DNA of 64,000 bases, from the NCBI GenBank assembly GCA_013265495.1, contig MU059922.1, forward strand, positions 2,984,661 to 3,048,660, read 5' to 3'. The position numbers and the translations under genes are program-made. The notes beneath the pieces are model-generated. The model did no database searches. It saw nothing but the letters and a program-made list of their open reading frames with translations, and was not told the origin of the DNA. Numbering within the stretch: position 1 is the first letter of the stretch; each line of letters opens with the position of its first letter. Of this stretch, positions 37,576-49,483 are shown piece by piece. The DNA is from Vicugna vicugna (lineage: Eukaryota).

Positions 37576-38338
37576 CTGGGGGTGGAGAAGTAGATTTCTA
37601 AAGGTATAGACTAGGAACTTGATACTGACCTTGGGAATGAGCCTTAAATGGATTTATAAAGGGATAGAGAAAAGTAACAGTAACAACAGACACACAGGAA
37701 ACCAGGAGCAGCAGGAACTGGCTGTCCCTGTTACCAAGGTATCAGCGTGTACTCACAGCAAGTTCGGGAGACAGAGGTGACGCGGGAGCCTGGTGTCACC
37801 CTCAGCCCTAAATGCACAGTTCCGTACAGTGGTCTGGGCCACCTCAGAGGTCCTGCTGGTAGGCAGGGCGTCACAGGTGAAACACGATGTTCTCCCGACA
37901 GGCACTGGTTGGGGTGTGAAAGTTCTACCCAAGCACCCCACTGCGGGCAGAGTACTGTACAGCCGGGTAAGCAGCCATTTTCACCAGGGTCCTGAGCACA
38001 GAGGTGAAGACCCTCGCCCCTGTCTGGGCCCAGGGAAGAGGCTTGGTTTCTGGTCTGGGGAACCAGCAAGAACCAAGCAGGAAATGAATGCCAGTGTAGA
38101 TGTTACTGATACACGGATCCTGGAATAACAATGAAAGAAGCATTCAGTGTCTTGAGCTCGAACCACTAAAAGCAAAAATGGAGAAGAGAGCCACTAAACA
38201 CATCAACAGAAGAGGAGCGTGACAGGAAAGGGAGGGGAGGGGCAAGGACAGTGTGGTCACAAGGCAAAGTGTAGTAGCCAGGGCGGGCTGGAGCCGGGGA
38301 CGGCTGAGCCTGTGGCCAGCTGAGCCTCACCACCAGAC

Positions 38339-38352
38339 CCGGCAGGGGGCCG
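38339..38352 (+). promoter_or_regulatory. Candidate CTCF-binding motif within a CpG-rich patch
   Basis: CCGGCAGGGGGCCG matches the CTCF core with 1-2 deviations and lies in a GC-rich patch at ~38270-38540. Confidence 0.4.
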
Positions 38353-38799
38353 GCGGGGAGGATGGTCACCAGCTGCTGCTTTGAAGCCACGCTGAGCCAG
38401 GCTAGCGCCCTCCCTGCGCGTCTGCAAGTGGACCGCTCTCCTTTGTCGTCTTCACACCTCTGCGCAGACTGTTCCTCTGCCCCGCGTGCCCTGCCCTCCA
38501 GGTTCTGTCCTCATGGTGAGCTTCCCCGAGGCTGAAGTCAAATGTTAGCTGTTCTGTGCAGCCTTCGGTGCCCCTTCCAAGGGAACTTAAATGTTTCCCC
38601 CTGTTTATCCTTTAACACAGCACACGTATAACCGGGTCTGCCTTTTGCCTGCCTTCCTAAATCAGCAGTGAATAGTAACTCCAGCTCCAGGACTGCAGGA
38701 ACAGATCTGTTCCTCTTTAATTCTCCCAGAGCCTGGCTCATTTTCTGGCACAAGTTAAGTGATTAATGATGTTTGAATGAATGAATGAAGAATGAAAGG

Positions 38800-38842
38800 A
38801 AGGAAGTCTGAAAGAAGATAGCAAGGAAGGAAGGAAGGAAGG
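38800..38842 (+). repeat. (GGAA)n purine-rich simple repeat after an L2 3' end
   Basis: 'gaatgaatgaatgaag..aaggaaggaag..gaaggaaggaaggaagg'. Confidence 0.6.
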
Positions 38843-39628
38843 TAGGTCACTCCACTTACATGGAAACTTACATGGACAGAAGTGATTTAAAAAAAACACC
38901 AGAGAGAAAGACAACGACAGCTACAATGGAAGAGGAGGAGGAAGAGGCAGGAGAAGACAGGGAAGAAGCAGCCACAATAGCTGGACTGTGGCTTCAGTGT
39001 CCTGAAATTCTGAAGGAGCAGAAGATGGAGGTGAGTGTCCTCTTTGTTTTTTACTGAAGGTCACGACTTTGGAAAACAAAACTGGTTGGCGAGTAACAAC
39101 CGGCCCCAAAATGGAATGAGGGAACCAGAGCGTTGGGCTCCTGTAACACCAGCCAGAGCCCCTCCGACGAGGGAAAGAAACGGCTTCAGGGGAAGACTTG
39201 CCAAACTGATGAAGATGGCTGTGCATCGACACATGAGGAGTGGAGGGAGAGGAACGGGTAACACCGCGCAGCTCGGTGCTCCCAAAGAAAGCTGTGGGCA
39301 CACAGGGAGACGTGGCGAAGCCAGTGCCCTGTCGTCTCAAGAAGGAATAACCAGAAAAATAACTTAGAAATGACTCTTGGGGCTCAGATTTAGATTTGTA
39401 ATGTAAAGAACATGATAAATAAAGAGAAAAGTATTTTAAAACCTATGTATTGTGGTAAGAACTTTAGGAGTGCTAACAGAAATAAAAGACATCATTATCA
39501 CCTTGGTCTAACAAGTTACCTATTATATTTTTTAAATGGTTTTTAAAGACTTAACTATGTACTAAATGTGCACATTTTTGAAATACCAACCAAAAAAAAA
39601 GTCCTGTAAGTTCCAAGGTAATGTTTTA

Positions 39629-39756
39629 NNNNNNNNNNNNNNNNNNNNNNNNNNNNNNNNNNNNNNNNNNNNNNNNNNNNNNNNNNNNNNNNNNNNNNNN
39701 NNNNNNNNNNNNNNNNNNNNNNNNNNNNNNNNNNNNNNNNNNNNNNNNNNNNNNNN
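39629..39756. other. Assembly gap (128 N)
   Basis: Run of N. Confidence 0.95.
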
Positions 39757-40424
39757 AAAGATAGAATGTTTTTCATCCTGCTCTTTTATTTAACATTATG
39801 GTGATAACTTCTTTATGCCGATACGTAGTCTTTGGAAACATATGTTTTGATATATATAAAATATTTTTGTCATATGCATAGACCACAGTATATTGCAACA
39901 TTCTTCTATTTTTGGATCCTCAGAATTTTTCTGGTTTTCCTTTTTAGAAGTAAATTGCTTGTATCCATATAAATTAATCTTTGAATTACTCCTCTAGACT
40001 ATATTCAGAGAAGTGGAATTACTGGGGAAAAAAGTACAGAACATGTTCAACATTTTAATGCTTCCGATTGTAATAGTCGTTAGTGTATGTTACAGAGAAT
40101 TTGGAAAACATAAAAAGGTACAAAGCAAAATATAAGCTTCCAGCTCTGCTCTTTACTCCCTCAAATACATATTTTAATTCTGTAATGATACTTTAAGTTT
40201 CTTTAAATGCCCTGTTGATTGTGTCCACCCCCGTGGCTCCCCCTTTCTTCCCGTCTCATCCTGCTCTGTCTCGCGTGATGGGTGTTGAGTCCACCTCACA
40301 GGGGTCTGTCCTGCTGCCCTCTGGCTCCCGTGCTCTCTTGGAAGTGTTTCCTTTAGGTTGATACTCTTTTCCTTTTGTTGCACAGCAAGCCTTCCTTCGG
40401 GCAGAGAGGCGCGAGAACGCAGAG

Positions 40425-40625
40425 GTCAGAGCTTCTCCTGGGCTACAGCGCTCGGGTTTGAATCCCAGCTCTGCCGTTTCTGAGCAGTGTGATCATGACC
40501 CCCATTATTTAAAATATCCCCGGGCTGCGGTTTTCTCCACTGCAAAATGGAGAGAATCCTAGTTAATTTTGAAGGTCATTGAGAAGATTAAATGAACTAG
40601 TACGTGTAAATCATTTCCTATACAG
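40425..40625 (+). mobile_element. MIR
   Basis: 'gggtttgaatcccagctctgcc..gtgtgatc..tgcaaaatggag..gattaaatgaactagtacgtgtaaa'. Confidence 0.75.
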
Positions 40626-41229
40626 ATGGAAACTGTTAAATCTTATTTTGATCTGTATTGGCTTTTTTCTATTTATTTTTCCTTAAAGAGGAGAAACCTG
40701 TAAAGATTTATTAGTTATCAGCATGTGTGTATGAGACATTCTGTACACCTGTCCTGTTGGCAGGAGTCAGATCCTCATTGAGGTCAGGTTGATGGACATA
40801 GTTCCTAGCTCAGTTCCCATTCATAGTCACCTACTGTGGTTCTGCCACACCGACATGAACTTGCCTGCTGCCTCCGATACATGATGGGTCACAAGATGGT
40901 CACAGATGACCTGTGACAGCCCACACTCTGTAGTGGACACGGCCACCAAAATGGCTTCCGTCATTTCTCCGCCTAATTCTAAAGTTGCAGCACAGCGCCA
41001 CCTATCACCCTCTACTTCCTGTCCAATGGAATGAGAATGGAAAAATAGAGGAAAGGGTAGGTGAATGCATAAGACAAAGACAGCAAAAGTGCCATGACAG
41101 AATTAAAATACACACTCAAAATGATAGAGTAGTGATAGAAAACGTTTACGCTTTTGCTTTGTAGCTTTCTATATTTTCCAAATTCTCTGATTTTCTGTAT
41201 CAGAATAGATTTAGAAAGAGAGGTCATGA

Positions 41230-42060
41230 AAGCAGCAAACAGAAAAAGAGATCTTTAAAATTACCTTCTACAATAATATCAAAAATATCAAGTAATTCTC
41301 CATCATCAAATGGATATGTTAGCACTCCAGAGGGGGAAAAATTGTAAAACTTAATGAGAGCTGTAAAAGAAGATCTAAATAAATAGATTAAAAGGCTGAA
41401 TATTTTAACCGTGTTACTCTTGCCAAATTGATTTGTGTAGTTAATGGAGTAGCAATCTTAATTCCAACAGGCTTTTCTTTGGTAAAACTAGATAAGCTAG
41501 TTATAAAGTACCTAGACGTAAGCCAAGGGGTCAGGAGCAGCCAAGACATCCTGAAAGGAGAAAGTAGGACTTGCTCTCCCATCCATAAAAACCATTTGTA
41601 AAGAAGTTGTAAGGAGACCATAATCTGGGGATAAGAGTAAGCTGGTAAGTTAAGAGAGTGAGGTAGAGAACCCAGAAAGCAACATGTGCAGTGAAGGGAC
41701 ACTAGATTTATGGCAAAGGTAGTGAGAAAGAGTAGCCACAGTGAAAATACTGTGTTTTGAACGAGTAGTTCTGGGATCACTAGGTATACATATTTAAAAA
41801 GAGAAACATTGCTCCTACATCACACCAGATACAAAAAGTAACTCCTAGTCGATCATTGAACTAAAGGTGAAAGGGGAAACTATAAAGCTTTTAGAAGGTA
41901 ATATAGGAAAAAAACCTAATAACCACCAGATAGAACATATTTTGGACAAGAAGGCACAAATCACGAAGAAAAAAATTTAAGAACGTCTGTGCATGAAAAG
42001 ATGCTGTAAATTGGAAAGAAAAGTCACGGAAATAAAGGTAATATTATTATATGACTCTGA
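41230..42060 (+). mobile_element. Very old L1 ORF2 fragment
   Basis: 'gaagatctaaataaatag..tactcttgccaaattgattt..aatcttaattccaacaggc..cctacatcacaccagatacaaaaagtaactcc'. Confidence 0.75.
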
Positions 42061-42929
42061 CAAAGAAGTCTCACACCGTAAGGGGCTGAACGAGCGCTTT
42101 GTGGCAGGGAGGCCACAGGGAGAAGACCAGGGTGCCTTTCTAGCTGTTGGGCCCTCGTGTCTGCTGTGTTTCTAGCTGTCGTCGGCGTGGAGGCCACACG
42201 GGTGGAGTTCTTTGCAGAAGTTCTGTTCCTAGTCTGACGTTGTGTAGGGGTCATTCCTCCTCTGCAGTGCTCTCATTAGTTTTCACTCTTGTTTGTGTCT
42301 TTGTAAGTATGTTAGGGGGGATTTGAAGTTGTCTGGCCCAAACTCAGGCCACCTGCCATCTGAACTCTGTTTTCATTTGCCTAAGATCTTTTATAGCCTT
42401 TGCTGCGTTGACTCTTTAGCATCGGCGTAGAAGTATGATTTAGACATATTTTATGTCCTTTACTTCCTGGAAATTGTATCTGTAAGTTTACATATTGAAA
42501 TATCATCTTGAATAATATTTCTAATTGGATAATTACAATTCGTTCAGGTTGTAATCTAATTAATCTTCCATTCCACCCCCTGTGGGGAATGGAAGATTAC
42601 TTTCACTCTTTGATAATGATTAAAAAAAAAATTCAGCGAGAGACTTCTTGGATGGAATTTACAAGCTATAGGATTATATTTTTAGATGAATTCTCAGGGG
42701 TGAGATAACTGGGTCAATGTGTATACATTGCTTTATGCTTTTAAAATATATTGCAACACTTTTATTGCTACCGACAATATTTGAAAGTACTAATGATCTT
42801 GAAATTTTATAATCAGAAGAAAAATATGACCTAATGATTAGGACTGGGATTTAATTAGGGGGGGGACTCTGACCTAGATGTCCCTAACTAGACATGATTT
42901 TTCCTCAAATCAAAACAAAACAAGTTTTT

Positions 42930-43520
42930 CCTTTTGTCTTCTCTTTCTCAACCTGGAGAGTTGCACAGAGGTACAGTTTAGGCATCTGAATAGAATCCTC
43001 CCTTAATCCAATTCCTCACATCTGATTCAGCTGCGATTCTGCCAGCTTTGCTTTCAGGTACGTCTAACCCCAGCCCCTCCTTTCACCCCTCTTGTCGCTT
43101 ACCTCTCCACTGAACAGGCGCGACGGTGACCTAACTGGTCTCCAGCCTTTCAGACTCTTCCTTGCGCTGCCCCCGGAGACGCGTTCTCCATCACAGACAC
43201 AGCCATGCCGCTCCATGGCCTGTCACCTGCAACAGCTCTCACTCTGCACACTAAACAGAGCCAACCCTTAGCATGTCAACTGGAATTTTCATACCCGACT
43301 CCAGCCTCGTCACCAGTGTGCTATCCTTGCCATCTTTGACCTGTGGTCACAGCCTGACAAGTCCAGTCCCCTAAATGCCTTTATCACAGACCACGTCCCA
43401 CCACCTTTGTGACTGTGCAGGTTTTCAGCACTTCTTTAGGACAACTGCAGGTGAGTGCCCCCACCCTTACTACCACCCCCATGCCTGGCACAGGACCTGA
43501 TCCCATGGGAGATGTTTAGC
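42930..43520 (+). mobile_element. L2 fragment
   Basis: Pyrimidine-rich L2 3' region, e.g. 'cctaactggtctccagcc..catgccgctcc'. Confidence 0.5.
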
Positions 43521-43789
43521 AATGACAAACTAAAATGAAGAGAACTGAACTGAACTCGATTCAGTTGATGGATATGCAATTGTTACTTAAAGGATATTGA
43601 GTTATTCGCATTTAAAAGTGGAGGTGATGTGTGCTGGTGCAGAGGGCCCGTAATGGCTGGAGCCCATCTGGAATTTTGCAGGAACATGTAGATAAAGATA
43701 GAAGTCATGTTTATTACAGATGCTGAAAACACGAACTAGAGAGCTGTAGCTGATACGTCAGCAAAAAATAATTGGAATTAAAGATAAAT

Positions 43790-44390
43790 TGGCTAGGTCT
43801 GGTCAGAAATACAGAATCCAAAACAACAGCAAATTCTGCCATCTCTATTTTCAAACTGGAGAACGTGACCACCTCCCAACCCCTTCACTTCCGCCGCGTA
43901 GTTTCAAGCCTTTATCTCTCACCTGGACTACGGCGGCAGCCTCCTGGCTGGTCCCGCTCCTTCATCCTTGCTCCCTCCAAACTATTCTCGACGCCCCAGC
44001 CAGAGGGATCCTGTTAAAGCATGAGTCAGATGCTGTCCCTCATCAAGGCTTCCTCCCTCTGGTCTGTTGATACTTGCTATTCCTTCTGCTCAGAATACTC
44101 TCCTCTCAGATACCAGCATGCCTACTTCTCTCATTGCCTCCACTGTCTCAACTTCCAACCCCCCATTCCAATATTTAATAGCCCCTTTTCTGCTGTACTT
44201 CGGTGCCATAACTCAGTACTATTTGGCATATGATATGTTTTACTCCCATGCATTGTCTGCTCCCCAGTGGAGTATGAGCTCCATGTGGAAGTGGATTTTT
44301 GTCACTTTTTATTTATTAATAATGTCCCAAACCTAGGACAGTGTCTGATGGATAGCAGAGACTCAGGTATGAGCTCAATTAGAAACAAAT
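43790..44390 (+). mobile_element. L2 3' fragment
   Basis: 'acctggactacggcggcagcctcctggctggtccc..ccagccagagggatcctgttaaagcatgagtcagat..ccaaacctaggacagtgtctg'. Confidence 0.75.
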
Positions 44391-44479
44391 AAGAAATTGC
44401 AGGGAGGAAAAGAATAATCTGCTTTTTGGGTCAACATATTCCTTATAAAAATAGGACAAAAATGACTTAACATGGCCTT

Positions 44480-44769
44480 TCTGTGGATAATGAAGGTTAA
44501 ATTAGGCCATAAGGGTGTGTCCCTGATCCAGGGGGATTAGTGCCCTTCTAAGAAGAGACACGGGAGAATCAGCTCCCCCTCTGTCTCCACCACATGGGGA
44601 CGCAGTGAGAAGGTGGCTGTCTGCAAGCCGGGAAAGAGCCGTCTTTAGGAAGCAGGCTGGCACCTTGACCTTGGACTTCCCAGCCTTCTGATCTGTGAGA
44701 AATAAATGTCAGCTGTTTAAGCACCCAGTCTGTGGTATCGTGTTGCGGCAGCCCGAGCAGGCTAAGGCA
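44480..44769 (+). mobile_element. MLT1A/B-like MaLR LTR (5' incomplete)
   Basis: 'ggattagtgcccttctaagaagag..ttgaccttggacttcccagcc..gagaaataaatg..gcagcccgagcaggctaaggca'. Confidence 0.85.
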
Positions 44770-44799
44770 GAAATGTACCTTAGAAATCATCTAACCGAA

Positions 44800-44930
44800 T
44801 TTCCTTGCTATACAGATAAGGAAACTGAGGCCTGAGAGTGAAGCGACCTTCCACAGGTCACGAAGTCAGTACACGGCAGAGCTAAACTCAGCGCCCGGGC
44901 TGCAGCTCGGTGCTCTCCCCGCGTGCTGTG
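44800..44930 (-). mobile_element. MIR fragment
   Basis: 'tacagataaggaaactgaggcctgagagtgaagcgaccttccacaggtcac'. Confidence 0.75.
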
Positions 44931-47910
44931 CTGACGCCCGCCCCGCTCTGCGGAGCATGCAGCCGGTGTGAAGCAGTGTTGCTCAGACGTTGTTCTCACA
45001 ACTCTGTTCGTCCAAAGACTGCACCAAGAGTTTTGCTATTAAAAGTTATTGATGGTGATCTTTTCACAGTATTCTAAGGGGGTGAGAAACTGTTTAATTT
45101 CATTTCTCTTTCCTAGTTTTTTGCCAATTAATTTTCTTACCCCCCATAAAAAGATATTAAGGGGGAAAAAACAGCTGTTACTGGGAAAACTCTGAACCAT
45201 GATTTTCTGAAAGTAATTCTGCCCTTGGGAAATGTAGGGGGTAGCTATATTTAATATGGGCATCTTTTCTGCTGGCACAATTGATGCTGGTTCAAAAGAT
45301 AGAATGAATGCTACTCCGAATTTCACTATATTCCAGAAACAGCCCCATGACTTCTCAAAGCCCTGCTTCCTGGACACACTTGGAAACCACCGACAGGACA
45401 GCAGGACACAGTAGCTCAAAAGGCCATTATGAGCCTAGACTGAATCAGCAGAGGAGAGGCTTCTGAATCAAAGAGATCTCAGTCCCTCTGTGCTCAACCC
45501 TTTTAGAACATACACATGGTGTCATGTGCATTGCCTCTTCCTGGGCCGCGGATGTACGGTGTTACTGACCAGCAACCAGAGGATGTTAAAGGAATGCCGG
45601 GAGATGGTTACTTTGGGGAGTGAAGACTTTGGGGAACATAAAGCTGTTTTCAGAATTTTTAAGGGCATAGTTCTCCATGCTAAACCAAGCTCTGTGCACA
45701 GACACTGCAAGGAAGTCAGTTTTGACTCAATTTGGGAACAATTAGAGTTGTTATCTTGGGGAAATATTCCCTAATAAACGTATAAGAATGTATTGAAAGG
45801 TACTGGAAATGTTCCAGACATCACCCCAGAGAATGCAGAAGAAATCCTGTTTGGGAAAGGATTTTAGACAGAAGACCTCAAAAGGTCATTCCAGCGTGAA
45901 GATTCAGCCATTGAAGGAGGGCAGGAACTGGATCATTATTTATTATAATGAGTGGGTTACAGTCAAGTGCAAATGGCTGGTTCCTTTCTTGTCTTGTAAA
46001 GGGGAAGCTGGTATAAGCAGAAGGGCCTTGGGTAACTAAAATGAGTGTGTGTTGGGGGCCGCGGGAAGACAAAAGAGATTTCAAATAGAGCTTCACAATT
46101 GGCTTAAGTCCTGGCCTGCTTTTCAGCGATGAACTGTGCACAGAGATAAATTATATTCACGGTGCTGCCCCGTCAGTGTGTGGACTGATGCCCTGGCTCT
46201 GTGAAAAAGTCAGTTACGGTCTCTGAGACCCTCAGTTTTCAGTCGTCTGCTGAGATGTTCAAGAATGCTGTGAAACAGACAAGAAAACCACCAGGAAAGA
46301 AGCCTTTAAGGATGGCATCTCAAATTATAGCTTATTGAAATTAATATTACTACCTTAAATTCAAAAGATAATGAAACTAAAAAGTGTGAAAATTTCCTTT
46401 GATGTGTCCCTAATTACCGCTTTTTTCTTTTAACAATATCATCTGAGCAGTGGAATTTTTACCTTGATGTTTTCCTCTTTAATCATCTTTTTCATTCCTT
46501 CGGTCAGTCTTCATGGTGTTCTGTTTCTAACGTTAACTATTGAGTTTTCTCTGTTTATGGATACTGACAGGCATCTTTTCTCTTCCTGTAAAATCTTTTA
46601 TCCTTTCTTTGAGAGGTCGTACCTGAGTAAAATGCAAGTCCTTAAAAACAGACAGGGCATGTTTTGAATTTCACCTTTGATGCCTTCACATTCTAAACTT
46701 CTCAGATTGAGAGGAATTCTGCACCATTCATAAGCATTACTTTATAATGACTGTGCTTAAGTTGATATACATTAGAATAGAGCAGGTCAAACCCAAATAC
46801 AAATTTGCTTTCTGTACTTTGGAATTTTTGAAGTGGGAAAAGAGAAAAATTTACCTTCTTTAGATCTAAAAACTCATCACATTTGAGACATAGAAACCCC
46901 ATCTGTCTCTTGAAGGGCAGTATTTTATTTTAAACGCTGGAGAAGACATGCCTAAAGGAGAGTGAAAATAAGGTTATCTTGTCCTTTATATGGAAATAAA
47001 AGAGAGTGGTTTAAAGAATAATTTAGAGTGAAAAACGTTTGCTGTTATAAATTTTCAAGGAGGTTCCCCCACCCAGCTCTCCACAAATGGTGTCCCTAAG
47101 GAGCGGCCCTGAGCAGAGTGATCCCCGGCCTGCTTCCCAGCAGCCTCGCCTCCAGGGCCAGCCCCGTCCCCTCCCTGGGGCAGCACTGCAGGCCAGCAGC
47201 TTGTGCACTGGGCTTCTGCCCTCCACCCTCTCCAGCTTACCTCGGTGAATTCCTCATTTTGTTCAGGGTTTTGTGAGTGACAGTAGTAAAACTGATCATC
47301 TAATTCGTATCAAAGCATTAATGATTAATAGTGGCCTAATGTATATTTTCCCTCACAGTTAATATTTGCATGACAAGGGGTTTTATGACTTCCAGTGGTG
47401 ATGGGACTTTTAGGCTCCTGTGCATATAGACGTATGCACATGACTCATCTTTCTCACAGCAATAATATACATTGGCATTTTATTTACTTGCTTCACTCTT
47501 CTGCGAGTACATTACTTTGTTCCATATTCAGTGTTTTAAATAATACATTTTCATCCTGATGTCAAATATTTGTGGATCTAATCCCATGTCTGTGACAGAG
47601 CCTGCTTATACACGCATGCTTATCTTTTTTCTTCCTACCTTAATCCCTTTTCCTTGATTCTTTCTTTGTTCCAGTTTACTCTAATGGGGCTCTTTTGCCA
47701 TTTGGAGAGAATGGCTATTTTAAAGAAATTTGAAGATAATAGGAACTTCAGAAAATGCTCTCAACAGACTCATACTTCAGCATCAAGTCCCCATTCTGTC
47801 CCCAAACTCTTCTACGTGTTCACTTTTCAAAATTATGTTTTCCACTTTTTGATTACTGCGCCACTGAAAATGTACGTTCACGCCGTTATCCAAAGCTCCC
47901 TAAATAGAAA

Positions 47911-48322
47911 TGTTACGGAAACGACAGGCCAGCCAAGAAACAAGCACCACTCGGAGGGTTGGAGTACGCAGATGTATTACGCCGGCGGGCTCAGAGGGGC
48001 TTCTGCTCCGAAGCTCTGAGCACCTCCAAGACGTGCGCATGAGGTTTTACAGGGTTAAGTATAAGCTTGGGGTAGTCGGCCAATAGGCATGGAACAGCTT
48101 TAGCAGCATCATTATCACAAAAGTGGAGGCAGGGAGGCAGCAAACCAACATTCCAAAGCCAGATATGTATCTTTGAAAACCCAGCTGGCTAGCAAAAAAC
48201 ATGAACAGCAAACCAACACTAATTAACCTAGATTTCAAGTTAGTCCAGCAGAACTCAGATCAGTATTCCAATACTTAGATTTGTGAGTTATCTTGTTAGA
48301 CCAGCCCGGCTTTTCCTTCACA
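47911..48322 (-). mobile_element. Well-preserved ERV1-type solo LTR, 412 bp
   Basis: TG...CA termini (tgttacgg...cttcaca). Flanks gaaa/gaga give a 3/4 TSD. CCAAT at 48080-48084, TATA-like TGTAAAA on the minus strand (48045-48051) and AATACA at the expected poly(A) position (47973-47978). Confidence 0.85.
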
Positions 48323-49459
48323 GAGACAAGTGGCACTGTAATATTTTTCTAATATGAGAGTCACAACTTGAAATTAAATGAAGACAGACTGTTGAAGAAA
48401 TTAATGTTGAAACACAGTTTACTTTATTGTTGTCACACTACGTTCTTTGTGTACTTGAAATGCTCAGAGTGATTTGGGGTAAATATAATCAAAACTGAGA
48501 CACATGTAAAATTGTTTCTTGGGATGTATATTATGGGTTAATTATTTGATATTAATGCCATGCTGGAAAAGCTGGGACTGTTGTCTGTGGAACTAAAATG
48601 TGGGGAAAAGAAGTGACTGTCAGCCCACGGGCAGTGCCTTTAGTTTCAGTGAGGCCGCAGCACACAGGAGATGCCCTGGTTTCTTGATGGGAGAATATGT
48701 TCCCCAAAGGGATAAATCTATTATAAAGTCTAAGCAAGTATTATATTTTTGTCTTTTGTAACACACATGAGAATTCCCTTCCAGGAACAGAACTGTGGTC
48801 TGCCCCTCCTAGCACTCTGTGTGTGGAAAGGAGAAACCATTCGTAGAAGATTCCAAAATCACATTGGTAGAAGTGTACCAAATCACTACAAAAACTTAAA
48901 GACACACCATTAAAGGACTTTTTGCTTCCCTTAACAGCCTATTATAAATAAGATATTCAACTCAGTTTCTTAAAAGTCATGTATTTCTGGGTTGTGCCAT
49001 CTTTTACAATCAAAGCTTATAAAAAGGCCAGGAGAATTACCAACATTATTCTTTTCCTCTTACGAAATTAGCATGCAGTCATTTTTTTCTTGTAAATAAT
49101 GCAACCATTTGAAAGAGGATGCACCCTCTAGATAACAGTGAATAAAAAATTTAGGGAAAGAAAGTAAGCTTGCAGCTGCTGTAATTTTCCAGGAGCATCC
49201 TGTGTCCTGCCGCAGCTGGTTTTGCTGGTGCTGAGCACATCCTCCTGGGCCGTCCTCTTAGTGTTTATGAGCGTAAAATAAAGATTGAAGGAAGGAGCTG
49301 AGAGGGAAAGTAAATGTCTAAGTACACATAAGATTTTAATAAAAATTAGTATTGTGTGGCTGTCACACATGATTTAGACCAATGGTAGTTTTCATGTTAG
49401 TCATATATATTTATAAATTTGGGTATATAAGTGAAGGAAAAACCTGGAGTAGAAGAAAA

Positions 49460-49483
49460 ATCTCTCTCTCTCTCTCTCTCTCT
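49460..49483 (+). repeat. (TC)n microsatellite
   Basis: Direct reading. Confidence 0.85.

Noticed and set aside
38860-39057. Acidic 'MEEEEEEAGEDREE' ORF ending at a strong donor
   Set aside because: The acidic run comes from a GA-rich low-complexity stretch, and there is no good acceptor or promoter context. Only the donor is kept, as a weak candidate.
45490-45950. Protein-looking frame (…KGTGNVPDITPENAEEILFGKG…)
   Set aside because: It is interrupted by several stops, has no splice framing, and I cannot name a homolog. A tBLASTn hit would be needed to call it a pseudogene.
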